NCBI GenBank assembly: GCA_035719525.1
Contig: DASTFY010000247.1
Span: forward strand, 1-41,431
Origin: Acidimicrobiales bacterium
Lineage (GTDB): Bacteria; Actinomycetota; Acidimicrobiia; Acidimicrobiales; Ilumatobacteraceae
Direction of reading: 5' to 3'
DNA: 41,431 nucleotides
Shown: piece by piece, positions 1 through 11,787 of the stretch
How the letters are laid out: each line of letters starts with the position of its first letter
Numbering within the stretch: position 1 is the first letter of the stretch
The notes under the pieces: model-generated
Told to the model about the DNA's origin: nothing
The model's input: the letters and a program-made list of their open reading frames with translations, nothing else
Database searches by the model: none
Program-made: the position numbers and the translations under genes

Positions 1-15
1 ATCCTCCACGTCTAG

Positions 16-125
16 ATCTTCGTCGCCGCTCTCCGCTGCGCTTTGATCGGCTCCTACTCGCTTCGCTCGGCAATGCGTCGGGTCGCGTTGCGGTGCGCCG
101 GCCAAGCCGGACGCACCGGGTCCGG
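16..125. repeat. copy A of an intergenic repeat of about 110 bp
   Basis: Aligns with 4802..4910. Identical runs include the 29-mer cggctcctactcgcttcgctcggcaatgc and tgcggtgcgccggcc / agccggacgcaccgg. Confidence 0.8.
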
Positions 126-217
126 AGGTGCGGCGGCCACGCCGGTCGCATCTCTCGTTCATGGCCGGTTTGGTTGCCACTGACGCGTTGGGATCGGCCA
201 TGAACGCGGTGGACGGG

Positions 218-1525
218 TCAGCGGCGGTTCTCGCGCTGCTCCGGCACCAGCCGTTCGGTGACTCCGGCGGCGCGCTCCAGCGTTGAAGAGATGGCGTCGG
301 GGAACGGCAGGCTGAGGAACAGCGGGCGGTACCGCTCGGGATGGGGATAGGAGTCCCTGAGCATGTCGCGCGAATTCTGCGACAGGGACACGACGAGCTC
401 GCCCGCCGGCCCTCGCCACGGAGTGGCATGGGCGTGGTAGGTGTTCAGCAGCGGGTCGCTCTGGCGGCCCGTCACCACGTCCTCGGACACCGTCGTCCAT
501 GGTCCCCACGGGTCGGGGGCGACGTCGAGGGCCAGTCGGTCGCCCCAGAAGCCGTTCTCCTTGGTGACGGCCACCCACCGGCCGTCGAGGAAGCGGGGCT
601 GCATGGGGTTCTCGGTCCAGTAGCGGTCCTGGATGGGCGCGGCCCGCGTGGGATCGAGCACCCAATCCGTGCCGTCCCAGTACCGCGGCCGCAGATCGAG
701 CCGGCCCTTCGGAACCCGCGCCAGCCACATCGCCGTGGCCGAGTGCGGCCCGCCCCAGAACCCTCCCTCGAGGGTGAGGTTCTGCTGGTAGGTGTTGCCG
801 AACAGGTAGGTGTGCGCGTCGTCTGAGGCCACTGCGTAGCCGTAGAGGCGGACGGCCCCGTTGCCCTCAGGTGCTGCACCAGGGGCGGGCCGGAACTCGA
901 GCCGGTCGAGGTCGTTCGTGGAGTAGGTGGCGAGCCACGTGCGCACCGGGTGCCAGGGCAGGCCGTCGCCCACCGCGGGCTCGATCCGGTCGTGCACCAT
1001 CTCGGCCCAGAACACCCGCAGCACCCCACCGTCGAGCTCGCCGCCGAGCGGCCACCACCAACGGCTGAGGGTCTGCTCACCCGCGCCAGGCTCGAAGGCC
1101 GACGGCCGGCTGGCCGTGCCGCCGTGGAGGAGAGTGAAGCAGTCGCCGGTCTGCACCATCGCGGCGTTGTGGGCGAAGCCGCTGTTGTGCAGGTTGGAGG
1201 CCAGCCCGGAATGGTCGATGAAGGCGTCCTGGAACAGCCACAGCCACCGGTCCTGGCCGAGGGGGTAGACGTGCTGGTAGTCCCACCCCAGCACCGGCCC
1301 CACCCGCTGGCTGAACATCGCCTCCAGCCCGGCCGCGTCCCTCGAGTTGGCGCAGCCGACATCGGTCGCCACATGGCCCGCGGACGTGGTGTGGGTGCTC
1401 GCCGCCCACGGTGGTGGAGGAGGAGGAGGCGGCGGCGGGGGAGGTGGAGCGCAAGCCGCGACGAGGCCCACGATCACCAGGCACGCCGCCGCAGCGGAGC
1501 CTCGTTTCGTCGGCCGTCGGCTCAT
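218..1525 (-). CDS. secreted lipoprotein with poly-proline linker and a domain of uncertain family (possibly DUF4185-like glycosidase/beta-propeller)
   Basis: Track ORF 218..1633(-). The internal ATG at 1525 gives MSRRPTKRGSAAAACLVIVGLVAAC, a lipobox-type signal, followed by 14 consecutive Pro. The longer N-terminal extension looks non-coding. Family assignment is a guess. Confidence 0.6.
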   Translation of the reverse strand: MSRRPTKRGSAAAACLVIVGLVAACAPPPPPPPPPPPPPWAASTHTTSAGHVATDVGCANSRDAAGLEAMFSQRVGPVLGWDYQHVYPLGQDRWLWLFQDAFIDHSGLASNLHNSGFAHNAAMVQTGDCFTLLHGGTASRPSAFEPGAGEQTLSRWWWPLGGELDGGVLRVFWAEMVHDRIEPAVGDGLPWHPVRTWLATYSTNDLDRLEFRPAPGAAPEGNGAVRLYGYAVASDDAHTYLFGNTYQQNLTLEGGFWGGPHSATAMWLARVPKGRLDLRPRYWDGTDWVLDPTRAAPIQDRYWTENPMQPRFLDGRWVAVTKENGFWGDRLALDVAPDPWGPWTTVSEDVVTGRQSDPLLNTYHAHATPWRGPAGELVVSLSQNSRDMLRDSYPHPERYRPLFLSLPFPDAISSTLERAAGVTERLVPEQRENRR

Positions 1526-1653
1526 TCCGTCCGTGTCATTCTCCCGGTGGCTCCGGGACGGCCCCAAGGCCGCCGCTCCATCCGTCCACCGCCCGCAGCC
1601 TCCATGATGGCACCAAGCGCTCCGCCGGGTCACGGCAGTAGGGTCCGCGGCCC

Positions 1654-2304
1654 GTGACGGTGGTGGCGTTCGTGGCGGCCGCCGCCTTCGCGCTCGTCGA
1701 CTGGGTCGGCGTGGTGCGGGACGATCGGCGACTTCGTTGGATCGGCAAACCGGGCGTGATGGTGGCCCTCATCGCGGCGGCGCTCCTGGCCGACGACGCC
1801 CCGGCCGCGGTGCGGACGTGGTTCGTCATCGCCCTCGTGCTGTCCCTCGTCGGCGACGTGGCCCTCCTGCTCAGGGATCGGTGGTTCCCGCTCGGGCTGG
1901 CCGCGTTCCTGCTGGCGCATCTGGCCTACATCGCCGGCATGGCCCAGCTCGACCTGGAACTGACGCCGTGGATTCTCACCGTGGTGGTGGCGGCGGCCGT
2001 CGTCGGGCCCCCGCTGCTGGGCGCGGTCAGGACCGGCCATCCGAACCTGTTGGGCCCGGTGGTGGCCTACCTCGTGGTGATCTTGGCTATGGCGATCACC
2101 GCCTGGTGCACGGGCGAACCGTGGTTGATCGTGGCGGCGGCGCTGTTCTTCGCCTCCGACGCCATGCTCGGATGGGGCCGCTTCGTGGTGCCGACTCGGT
2201 CAACCCGGCGCGGTCCCGGCGTCGAGCGGCTGGGTGCACTGGCCGTGATGATGACCTATCACGGCGCGCAGGCCTGCTTCGTCGCCTGGCTCGCCACCCG
2301 CTGA
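1654..2304 (+). CDS. YhhN-family (lysoplasmalogenase-like) integral membrane protein
   Basis: 216 aa, multi-TM, GTG start. Motifs LLAHLAYI and FFASDAMLGW are typical of the YhhN/TMEM86 family. Confidence 0.7.
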   Translation: MTVVAFVAAAAFALVDWVGVVRDDRRLRWIGKPGVMVALIAAALLADDAPAAVRTWFVIALVLSLVGDVALLLRDRWFPLGLAAFLLAHLAYIAGMAQLDLELTPWILTVVVAAAVVGPPLLGAVRTGHPNLLGPVVAYLVVILAMAITAWCTGEPWLIVAAALFFASDAMLGWGRFVVPTRSTRRGPGVERLGALAVMMTYHGAQACFVAWLATR

Positions 2305-2330
2305 CCTGGTGTCCTGGACACCAGCCTCGC

Positions 2331-2855
2331 TCAGGGCGGCGTCGGGTAGTCGCTGTCGTCTGGAGCGGGCGGCGGTGGTGGCGCCACTGGTTCGGTCGGC
2401 GGCCCTGCCCACGGTGAGGGCGGGGCGGCGGACGGCTCGGCGGTGATTCCGAGCGCGGAGCGGGCGATGCGATCCTGCTGCGCCTCCGCCGCGGCCAGCT
2501 GGCGTTCCCGCTCCTCCGCACGATCGATCCCGGCGATGTGCCGGGTGAGCCAGTCGATGATGCCGTGCAGGATTATGGCGAGGACGAGGTAGATCATCAG
2601 GGCGAAGAGCAGCGAGGCGTTGAATGTCGACTGATCGCTGATCTCCGTGGCGGGGAAGATGCCCCGGAAGGGCTCGGCGATGTTGGCGGCGGCCCGGTAG
2701 ACCCAGTCTGCGAAATCGGACTGGGGGTTCGCGCCCAGCAACTGCAGCACGAAGGCCATGCCCACGATCACCGCGTAGGCCAGCAGCACCGCATAGATCA
2801 CCAGCACGAAGACCTTGCCGACCCACAGGATCCAACGCTTCGTCCCTCGACGCAT
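2331..2855 (-). CDS. YggT-like membrane protein with Pro-rich C-terminal tail
   Basis: ATG at 2855 (MRRGTKRWILWVG...). Two hydrophobic segments flank a WVYRAAANIAEPFRGIFP motif, and the C-terminus is PPPPPAPDDSDYPTPP. The longer track ORF (to 3083) would overlap the FGE gene. Confidence 0.5.
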   Translation of the reverse strand: MRRGTKRWILWVGKVFVLVIYAVLLAYAVIVGMAFVLQLLGANPQSDFADWVYRAAANIAEPFRGIFPATEISDQSTFNASLLFALMIYLVLAIILHGIIDWLTRHIAGIDRAEERERQLAAAEAQQDRIARSALGITAEPSAAPPSPWAGPPTEPVAPPPPPAPDDSDYPTPP

Positions 2856-2928
2856 CAGGTCTCTCCTCACATGTGGCCCGTGGCAGCATCGTAACGAGGG
2901 CCGAACCTGGGCTCGGGGATCACGCGGC

Positions 2929-3858
2929 CTACGCCCGGACGATGCAGCGAAGCCCGATGTGCGAGGTCGAGGTGTCGGGCGTTTCCGCCTGGCGGGCGGC
3001 GGGGCGGTACCGGAGGCAGTAGTTGGGCGCGCAGAGGTGGGAGCCGCCCTTGATGACGAGGCGGGGGAGCGCTTCGCCGTCAAGGCGGCTCGGGGGTGGA
3101 CCGCAGCAGGGACGGGTGCGGTCGACGCCGGAGTGGGGCGAGAACGGCGATTCGGTCCACTCCCACACGTTCCCCGTGATGTCGTACAGCCCGTAGCCGT
3201 TGGGCGGGAAGCTCTTCACCGGCGAGGTGCCGGCGAACCCGTCGTCGCAGCGGTTCTCCCATGGGAACTGGCCCTGCCAGGTGTTGGCCATCATGCGACC
3301 CTTGGGAGCGAACTCGTCGCCCCAGGCGAAGACTGCTCCGTCGAGACCGCCGCGTGCCGCCCGTTCCCATTCCGGCTCTGTCGGCAGTGCCTTGCCGGCC
3401 CAGGCCGCGTAGGCCAGCGCGTCGTCGTAGCTGACATGGGTGACCGGGTGCCGGTCGCGCCCGTCGAGCGTGCTGCCCGGTCCCTCCGGGTGCCGCCAGT
3501 CCGCGCCGGGCACCCAGTGCCACCAGCCGGTCACGTCGTCGAGCGAGACCGGTCCGGGTGGCATGCGGAACACGCCCGAGCCTGGGACCATGAGGGCCGG
3601 ATCGGCGTCCGGGTAGTCGGCGGGGTCCGGTGGCTCCTCCGCTGTCGTCACGTGGCCCGTGGCCTTCACGAAACGCCGGAACGCCGCGACCGTGACCGGA
3701 AGCTCGTCCATCCAGAAGCCCTCGACCGTCACGTCATGCACCGGCCGCTCCTCGGGATAGAAGGCCGCCGACCCCATGCGGAAGCTCCCTCCGGGGATCC
3801 ACACCATGCCCTTGGCCGGGGGCGGGCCTGGTGCCGTGGGGGGCGGGTCCGTGGACAT
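2929..3858 (-). CDS. formylglycine-generating enzyme (FGE-sulfatase/SUMF1 domain protein)
   Basis: ATG at 3858 (MSTDPPP...). [13 protein letters not shown]...[19 protein letters not shown]...[14 protein letters not shown]...GLRC are classic FGE-sulfatase domain motifs. Confidence 0.85.
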   Translation of the reverse strand: MSTDPPPTAPGPPPAKGMVWIPGGSFRMGSAAFYPEERPVHDVTVEGFWMDELPVTVAAFRRFVKATGHVTTAEEPPDPADYPDADPALMVPGSGVFRMPPGPVSLDDVTGWWHWVPGADWRHPEGPGSTLDGRDRHPVTHVSYDDALAYAAWAGKALPTEPEWERAARGGLDGAVFAWGDEFAPKGRMMANTWQGQFPWENRCDDGFAGTSPVKSFPPNGYGLYDITGNVWEWTESPFSPHSGVDRTRPCCGPPPSRLDGEALPRLVIKGGSHLCAPNYCLRYRPAARQAETPDTSTSHIGLRCIVRA

Positions 3859-3967
3859 GCGTCCCAGCCTCGCGCTCGGTCGGCTGGCGCACCGACCCGC
3901 TGGCACAGCCGAACTGCCACCGGACGCCCTACCATCGTCCCGCCGTGCGAACGAGAGGGGAACAGCG

Positions 3968-4771
3968 ATGGCCAAGCGTCGGGGTCGGATCGGGCTCGCG
4001 GTCGCCGGAGTCGCGCTCGTGATCGCGGGTGGGTGCGGATCGGACGAGGGGGCGGACACGGCGGATACGAGCGACTCGGGCGCGTCCACCACTCCGCTCG
4101 AGGGAACCAACTGGGTGCTGGCGGGCGACGAGCTGGGCGAGCCGCTCGGTGATATCGCGGTGTCGGCCCTGTTCAGCGAAGGCACTGTGGCCGGACAGGG
4201 TGGGTGCAACCGGTACACCGGCCCATACGACGTGGAGGGCGACGCGCTGACCATCGGCCCGGAGATCGCCTCCACGCAGATCGCCTGTGGTCCGGCGGAA
4301 ACCGCAGTGGAGAGGGCCTACCTCGATCGGCTACCGAGGGTGGCCTCGTATGCGATCGAGGGGACGGCGCTCACCCTCTCGGACGGTGACGGAGAGGTGC
4401 TCCTGGCCTACGAGGCATCGATCGGAGCCGAGGCCATCATCGGCGATTGGACGGTGACCAGCTACTACTCCGGCGACGCCGTCACGTCGGTCCTGGGTGA
4501 TGTCACGCTCACGGCGAACTTCACCGAGACCGAGGTGAGCGGCAATGCCGGGTGCAACAACTTCACGGGGCCCTACTCGGTCGACGGCGACAGCATCACG
4601 ATCGGCCCGTTGGCCACGACCAGGAAGGCCTGCGAGAGCGAGGAGATCTCCAAGCAGGAGGCTGACTACCTCGCGGCGCTGGACCTGGCCACCACGTTCA
4701 TGGTGACCGGCACCCGCCTCGACCTCTTGCGCGATGGCGGCACGATCGCCGTGACGCTGGAGAAGGCCTGA
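3968..4771 (+). CDS. lipoprotein with two META (HslJ-like) domains
   Basis: ATG at 3968 gives [23 protein letters not shown] (lipobox). GCNRYTGPY...LTIGP...STQIAC and GCNNFTGPY...ITIGP...TRKAC are repeated META signatures. Confidence 0.8.
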   Translation: MAKRRGRIGLAVAGVALVIAGGCGSDEGADTADTSDSGASTTPLEGTNWVLAGDELGEPLGDIAVSALFSEGTVAGQGGCNRYTGPYDVEGDALTIGPEIASTQIACGPAETAVERAYLDRLPRVASYAIEGTALTLSDGDGEVLLAYEASIGAEAIIGDWTVTSYYSGDAVTSVLGDVTLTANFTETEVSGNAGCNNFTGPYSVDGDSITIGPLATTRKACESEEISKQEADYLAALDLATTFMVTGTRLDLLRDGGTIAVTLEKA

Positions 4772-4783
4772 CGCCGGCCGAGC

Positions 4784-4806
4784 CGGACGCGCCGGGTCCG
4801 TTTCTT
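4784..4806 (+). terminator. candidate intrinsic terminator after the META gene
   Basis: CGGAC-GCGCCGG-GTCCG hairpin (5-bp stem) followed directly by TTTCTTCG, 13 nt after the TGA at 4769-4771. Confidence 0.35.
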
Positions 4807-4910
4807 CGTCGCCGGCCTCCGCTGCGCTTCGGCCGGCTCCTACTCGCTTCGCTCGGCAATGCCGACAGCTGCGCTGCGGTGCGCCGGCCGAGCCGGACGC
4901 ACCGGATCGG
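4802..4910. repeat. copy B of the same intergenic repeat
   Basis: See copy A. In copy B the terminal segment gccggccgagccggacgc(a/g)ccgg occurs at both ends (4774-4797 and 4884-4907). Confidence 0.8.
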
Positions 4911-4953
4911 GCATCATGGGGCCACATCCGATCCGTTCACTGCCGAGGTGCAC

Positions 4954-6941
<1,988 letters not shown>

Positions 6942-6949
<8 letters not shown>

Positions 6950-8258
6950 CGTCGGGATCGCCGGTGCGGGCCTGAGCGGCCCACTGCTCGCCGTGTTCCT
7001 CTCCCGCCGCGGCCACGACGTCACGTTGTACGAGCGCCGGGCCGACCCCAGGGCGGCCGGGGCGGCCGGGCGTTCGATCAACCTGGCGTTGTCGGCGCGG
7101 GGGATCGACGCGCTGGAGCGGGTGGGGCTGGCCGACGCGGTGTTGGCCCACGGTCTCGCCATGCGGGGCCGCATGATGCACGACAGGACGGGTGAACTGG
7201 CGTTCCAGGCCTACAGCGCCGACGGATCGAAGGCCATCAACTCCATCTCGCGCCACGGCTTGAACGGCCTGTTGCTCGACGCGGCCGAGGACGAGAAGCG
7301 GGTGGCGATCTGCTTCGACCACCGTGCCATCGGCGCCGATGCGGAGACGGGCGAGCTCAGGCTCGATGGGCCCTCCGGGCAGCGCAGCGCGACCCACGAC
7401 GTCCTGATCGGCGCCGACGGCGCCTACAGCGCCCTGAGGGACGCCATCGTGAAGTCTGAGCGGGCCGACTACCGCCAGGACCACCTCCCCTGGGGCTACA
7501 AGGAGCTCACGATCGCCCCCGACCGGTCGGGCGGTTTTGCTCTCGATCCCGGCGCGCTGCACATCTGGCCGCGGGGCGACTCGATGATGATCGCTCTGCC
7601 CAACCCCGACCAGTCCTTCACCGCCACCCTCTTCTGGCCCTACGACGGTCCTGCCGGCTTCTCAGGGCTGGACACCGCGGACGCCGTCCGCCGGCGGTTC
7701 GAGCGCGACTACCCCGATGCCACGGGCCTGTTCGAGGACCTCGACGGAGAGTTCCTGCGCAACCCGGTCGGCACGCTGGTGACGGTGCGCATGTGGCCAT
7801 GGACGCGTGGGCGTCTGGCCCTCCTCGGGGACGCCGCGCACGCCATCGTCCCCTTCTTCGGGCAGGGGATGAACTGCGCCTTCGAGGACGTGGTCGAGCT
7901 CGGTCGTTGCCTGGAGGAGACCGGGGACGAGTGGGATCAGGCGCTGCCGCGCTACGCCGAGCGGCGCAAGCCCAACGCCGACGCCATCGCGGAGCTCGCC
8001 CTCGAGAACTTCGTCGAGATGCGCGACCGGGTCGGCTCGCCGGTGTTCCGGTTCGGCAAGCGGATCGAGCACGCCATGGAGCGCCTCGCCCCCGACCGGT
8101 TCGAGTCGCTCTACGAGCTGGTCAGCTTCACGACCGTCCCGTACGCGGAGGCGCGCCGCCGGGCCGCCTCCCAGCGGCGCTTCCTCTCCAACGCCGCGGC
8201 GGTGGGAGCGGCCGGGGCCGCCCTCCTGGCCAGCGCGGCGCGCAAGGTGGTGCCATGA
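6942..8258 (+). CDS. kmo: kynurenine 3-monooxygenase
   Basis: GTG at 6942 (8-nt overlap with ACMSD). GIAGAGLSGPLLAVFLSRRGHDVTLYERR is the FAD fold motif; also GRSINLALSARG and LLGDAAHAIVPFFGQGMNCAFED. Confidence 0.9.
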
Positions 8259-9103
8259 GCGACGACCGACCCGAGGACTCCTTCGCCGGAGCGGCCGACG
8301 CCCACCTCGACCTGCGGGACCGCCTGAGCTACGGGCAGTACCTGGGGCTCGACGCCGTGCTGTCCTCCCAGCATCCTCGCACCGACGCCCACGACGAGCT
8401 GCTGTTCATCATCCAGCACCAGGCCACCGAGCTGTGGGCGAAGCTCGTGCTGCACGAGCTGCACACGGTCGCCGCGTTGGTCGACGCCGACGACCTGGGG
8501 CCCGCCTTCAAGAGCATGGCCCGGGTCGAGCGGGTGCTGCAGGGCCTGGTCTCATCGTGGGACGTGCTCACCACCATGACGCCGGCCGACTACATGGCCT
8601 TCCGGGCGGCCCTCGACACCTCCAGCGGGTTCCAGTCCTTCCAGTTCCGGGAGCTGGAGTTCGTGCTCGGGAATCGCGATGCGGTGTACCTGGAGCCGTT
8701 CCGGCACGAACCAGAGCGCTTCGCCCGCCTGGAGACCGTCTTGCACCAACCGTCGCTGTACGACCGAGTCGTGCGGCTGCTGGCCCGCCGCGGGCTCCCG
8801 ATCGATGCCTCGCTGCTCGAGCGGGACTGGTCGCAGAGCTACCAGCCCCACCGCAGCGTGGTCGAGGCCTGGCTCGTCGTGTACCGGGAGCCGGAGACGC
8901 ACTGGGACTTGTACGAGCTGGCCGAGGATCTGCTCGATCTGGAGGACACCATGCGGCAATGGCGGCTCCGGCACGTGACGACCGTCGAGCGCATCATCGG
9001 CTTGAAGGTCGGCACCGGTGGAACGGCGGGCGTGCCCTACCTCCGGGGGCGGTTGCAGCTGGTGCTGTTCCCCGAGCTGTGGGACGTCAGGACCGAACTC
9101 TGA
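8255..9103 (+). CDS. kynA: tryptophan 2,3-dioxygenase
   Basis: ATG at 8255 (ATGA overlap with kmo). LSYGQYLGLD..LSSQHP...HDELLFIIQHQATELW...SGFQSFQFRELEF...GTGGTAGVPYL. Confidence 0.9.
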   Translation: MSDDRPEDSFAGAADAHLDLRDRLSYGQYLGLDAVLSSQHPRTDAHDELLFIIQHQATELWAKLVLHELHTVAALVDADDLGPAFKSMARVERVLQGLVSSWDVLTTMTPADYMAFRAALDTSSGFQSFQFRELEFVLGNRDAVYLEPFRHEPERFARLETVLHQPSLYDRVVRLLARRGLPIDASLLERDWSQSYQPHRSVVEAWLVVYREPETHWDLYELAEDLLDLEDTMRQWRLRHVTTVERIIGLKVGTGGTAGVPYLRGRLQLVLFPELWDVRTEL

Positions 9104-10389
9104 TGGGCGAGCCCCGGCCGGACGAGCTTCTCGGCCCGGCCGGCGAGGCGTTGGCCGCCGAGCTGGAGGCGCAGGACCCGCTCGGGAGCCATCGGGACCA
9201 CTTCCTCGTCCCCGACGGTGTGGCCTACCTGGCCGGCAACTCCCTCGGCCTCCAACCTCGCGCCGTGAGGGACGCCGTCGACGACGTGCTGTCGGCCTGG
9301 GCCGAGCGGGGCGTCGACGGGCACATGGAGGGTGCCTACCCGTGGGCGCCCTATCACGAGACCATGCGAGAGACGGTGGCCCGCCTGGTCGGCGCCCGCG
9401 TCGGCGAGGCCGTCGTGATGAACAGCCTCACGGTCAACCTCCACCTGATGATGCGGAGCTTCTACCGGCCGAGCGCGACGCGGTACCGCATCGTCATCGA
9501 GGCGGACGTGTTCCCCTCCGACCGGTATGCGGTCATGGGCGTGGCGCGGGCACACGGCTTCGACCCCGACGAGGCGGTGGTGGTCCTGGCCCCCCGGTCG
9601 GGCGAGCGCCACCTGCGCACCGAGGACGTCGCCGAGCGGCTCGATGGACAGGGCGACTCGGTGGCGGTGGTGGTTCTCAGCGCGGTCGACTTCCGCACCG
9701 GCGCGCTGCTCGACGTCCCGGGCATCACCGAGGCAGCGCACCGGGCCGGAGCGCTGATGGGGTGGGATCTGGCGCATGCGGCTGGCAACGTGCCACTGCG
9801 CCTCCACGACTGGGACGTCGACTTCGCCGTGTGGTGCCATTACAAGTCCCTCAACGCCGGGCCCGGCGCCGTCGGCGGGTGTTTCGTGCACGAGCGCCAC
9901 GGCCGCGATCCCGCCCTGGTCCGCCCGGGCGGCTGGTGGGGCCACGACTACACCTCGCGCTTCGACATGCCCTTCGCCTTCGACCCGCAGCCCGGCGCCG
10001 AGGGTTGGCAGGTGTCCAACCCGCCCATCCTCTCGATGGCCCCGGTCCGGGTGTCGCTGGAGCTGTTCGACCGGGTGGGCATGGACGCACTGCGGGCCCG
10101 CAGCGTGCGCCTCACCGGGTTCCTGGAGAAGGTCCTCGACGCGGTGGCCACCCGCCGGCCCCTGGAGGTGGTGACGCCCCGCGATCCGGAGCGGCGCGGC
10201 GCGCAGCTGAGCGTCGTCGTGGACGACGCGGTCTCGCTGTGCGAGTCGCTGTTCGACCGCCATCGGGTGCGCTGCGACGACCGCCCGCCGAACATCATCC
10301 GCATCGCCCCCGCCCCGCTCTACAACACCTACCACGACTGCTGGCGCGCCGCCGTAGCACTGGACACCGAGCTGGCACGAGACGCCTGA
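9103..10389 (+). CDS. kynU: kynureninase
   Basis: ATG at 9103 (1-nt overlap with the kynA stop). YLAGNSLGLQP, GWDLAHAAGNVPL.LHDW.VDFAVWCHYKSLNAGPG (PLP-Lys region) and IIRIAPAPLYNTYHD. Confidence 0.9.
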   Translation: MGEPRPDELLGPAGEALAAELEAQDPLGSHRDHFLVPDGVAYLAGNSLGLQPRAVRDAVDDVLSAWAERGVDGHMEGAYPWAPYHETMRETVARLVGARVGEAVVMNSLTVNLHLMMRSFYRPSATRYRIVIEADVFPSDRYAVMGVARAHGFDPDEAVVVLAPRSGERHLRTEDVAERLDGQGDSVAVVVLSAVDFRTGALLDVPGITEAAHRAGALMGWDLAHAAGNVPLRLHDWDVDFAVWCHYKSLNAGPGAVGGCFVHERHGRDPALVRPGGWWGHDYTSRFDMPFAFDPQPGAEGWQVSNPPILSMAPVRVSLELFDRVGMDALRARSVRLTGFLEKVLDAVATRRPLEVVTPRDPERRGAQLSVVVDDAVSLCESLFDRHRVRCDDRPPNIIRIAPAPLYNTYHDCWRAAVALDTELARDA

Positions 10390-10395
10390 CGGAGT

Positions 10396-10440
10396 TTGTG
10401 TCGGGCAGAACCGCGCCGGGCGCGGAGTTCACCGACACAA
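10396..10440. repeat. nested palindromic element (TTGTGTCGG ... CCGACACAA with inner GC hairpin), copy 1
   Basis: Outer 9-bp arms at 10396-10404 and 10432-10440; inner CCGCGCC-G-GGCGCGG. It starts 7 nt after the kynU stop. A second copy lies at 15594..15638. Confidence 0.7.
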
Positions 10441-10531
10441 GCGGGATCAACCCGGGCGGGCCGACCGATGCGCTTCACCTATACGACACGGCGGATCTAC
10501 CATCAGCAACGGTCACGGGAAGGGAGGTCGG

Positions 10532-11191
10532 GTGGACGGGATCCACGACATGGGCGGTACGCAGGGCTGGGGCTCGGTTGGCATCGACCCGGACGAGCCC
10601 GTCTTCCAGGAACCGTGGGAGGCCAAGGCCTTCGCGTTCGGGGCGCTCTCGGCCCGCCTGTCCGGTACCAACCTGGACACGATGCGACACGCCATCGACC
10701 GCCAGCATCCCTACGACTATCTGGTCGACGGCTACTACGGGCGCTGGCTGGGCGCGGTCGAGACGATGCTGGTGGACAGCGGCGTCCTCGCGCCCGGCGC
10801 GGTCGAAGCACGGGCCCGCCGTCTCAGGGGCGAGGACGTGGACGAGCCGCCGGAACCGGTCCTGAACAAGCCGGACTACCAGCCGACGGCGGCGGGGTCG
10901 CTGCGCACGATCGACGTGGAGCCCGCGTACTCCGTCGGCCAACAGGTACGGGCCCGGTCGACGGGCCCCGCCGGCCACACCCGCCTTCCCCGTTACGTCC
11001 GGGGGCGCGTCGGCACGGTCACCGCCGTCCAACCCAGCCAGGTCCTGCCGGACACGAACGCCCACTTCGAGGGTGAGAACGCGCAGCCGGTCTACGCGGT
11101 CGCGTTCGACTCGACGGAGCTGTGGGGCCCTGATGCCGAGCCCTTCGTGCTGACCATCGACCTCTACGAGAGCTATCTGGAGACCACATGA
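10532..11191 (+). CDS. nthB: nitrile hydratase beta subunit
   Basis: MDGIHDMGG...[14 protein letters not shown]...YYGRWL is a typical NHase beta N-terminus. ATGA overlap with the alpha subunit gene. Confidence 0.9.
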   Translation: MDGIHDMGGTQGWGSVGIDPDEPVFQEPWEAKAFAFGALSARLSGTNLDTMRHAIDRQHPYDYLVDGYYGRWLGAVETMLVDSGVLAPGAVEARARRLRGEDVDEPPEPVLNKPDYQPTAAGSLRTIDVEPAYSVGQQVRARSTGPAGHTRLPRYVRGRVGTVTAVQPSQVLPDTNAHFEGENAQPVYAVAFDSTELWGPDAEPFVLTIDLYESYLETT

Positions 11192-11787
11192 CCGCCGAGC
11201 CCCGGGCCGAGGAGTTCCCTGGCCCCGCCCTTCGCGCCGAGGCCCTGGAGTCCCTCCTGCTGGAGAAGGGGCTCATCGATCCCAAGGTGGTCGATGGGGT
11301 CATCAACCGCTACGTCAACGACGTCGGCCCGATGAACGGTGCCAAGGTCGTGGCCAAGGCCTGGACCGACCCCGAGTACAAGGCGCGGCTCCTCGAGGAC
11401 GGGACGGGATCCATCGCCGAGCTCGGCTTCAGCGGGCCGCAGGGCGAACACGTCATCGTCGTGGAGAACACGCCCGAGGTGCACAACGTGGTGGTGTGCA
11501 CGCTGTGCTCGTGCTACCCGTGGCCGGTGCTGGGCCTCCCGCCAGCGTGGTACAAGGACCCGGCCTACCGGGCCCGCATGGTCCGGGAGCCGAGGGCACT
11601 GCTGGCCGAGATGGGCCTGCCACTGGCCGAAGACGTCGAGATCCGCGTCTGGGACAGCAGCTCCGAAGTCCGCTACTTCGTGCTCCCCGAGCGGCCCGAG
11701 GGCACCGACGGGGCGTCCGAAGAGGACCTGCAGGCGCTGGTGACCCGCGATGCGATGGTCGGCGTCGGGCGGGTACCGGCCCTGTGA
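11188..11787 (+). CDS. nthA: nitrile hydratase alpha subunit, cobalt type
   Basis: Metal-binding claw [10 protein letters not shown]. Thr in CTLCSC and the following Tyr are the Co-type signature (Fe-type is CSLCSCT). Confidence 0.92.
   Translation: MTAEPRAEEFPGPALRAEALESLLLEKGLIDPKVVDGVINRYVNDVGPMNGAKVVAKAWTDPEYKARLLEDGTGSIAELGFSGPQGEHVIVVENTPEVHNVVVCTLCSCYPWPVLGLPPAWYKDPAYRARMVREPRALLAEMGLPLAEDVEIRVWDSSSEVRYFVLPERPEGTDGASEEDLQALVTRDAMVGVGRVPAL

Noticed and set aside
1-15. Possible 3' end of a plus-strand gene (atc ctc cac gtc tag) at the window edge
   Set aside because: Only four codons are visible, which is not enough to support a feature. It is noted only because the repeat element follows directly, as it does after the META gene.
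159-728. 189-aa minus-strand ORF and several other 60-300 aa ORFs overlapping the lipoprotein gene
   Set aside because: They are alternative frames of a clearly coding region, with Arg/Pro/Gly-rich composition typical of out-of-frame translation in GC-rich DNA.
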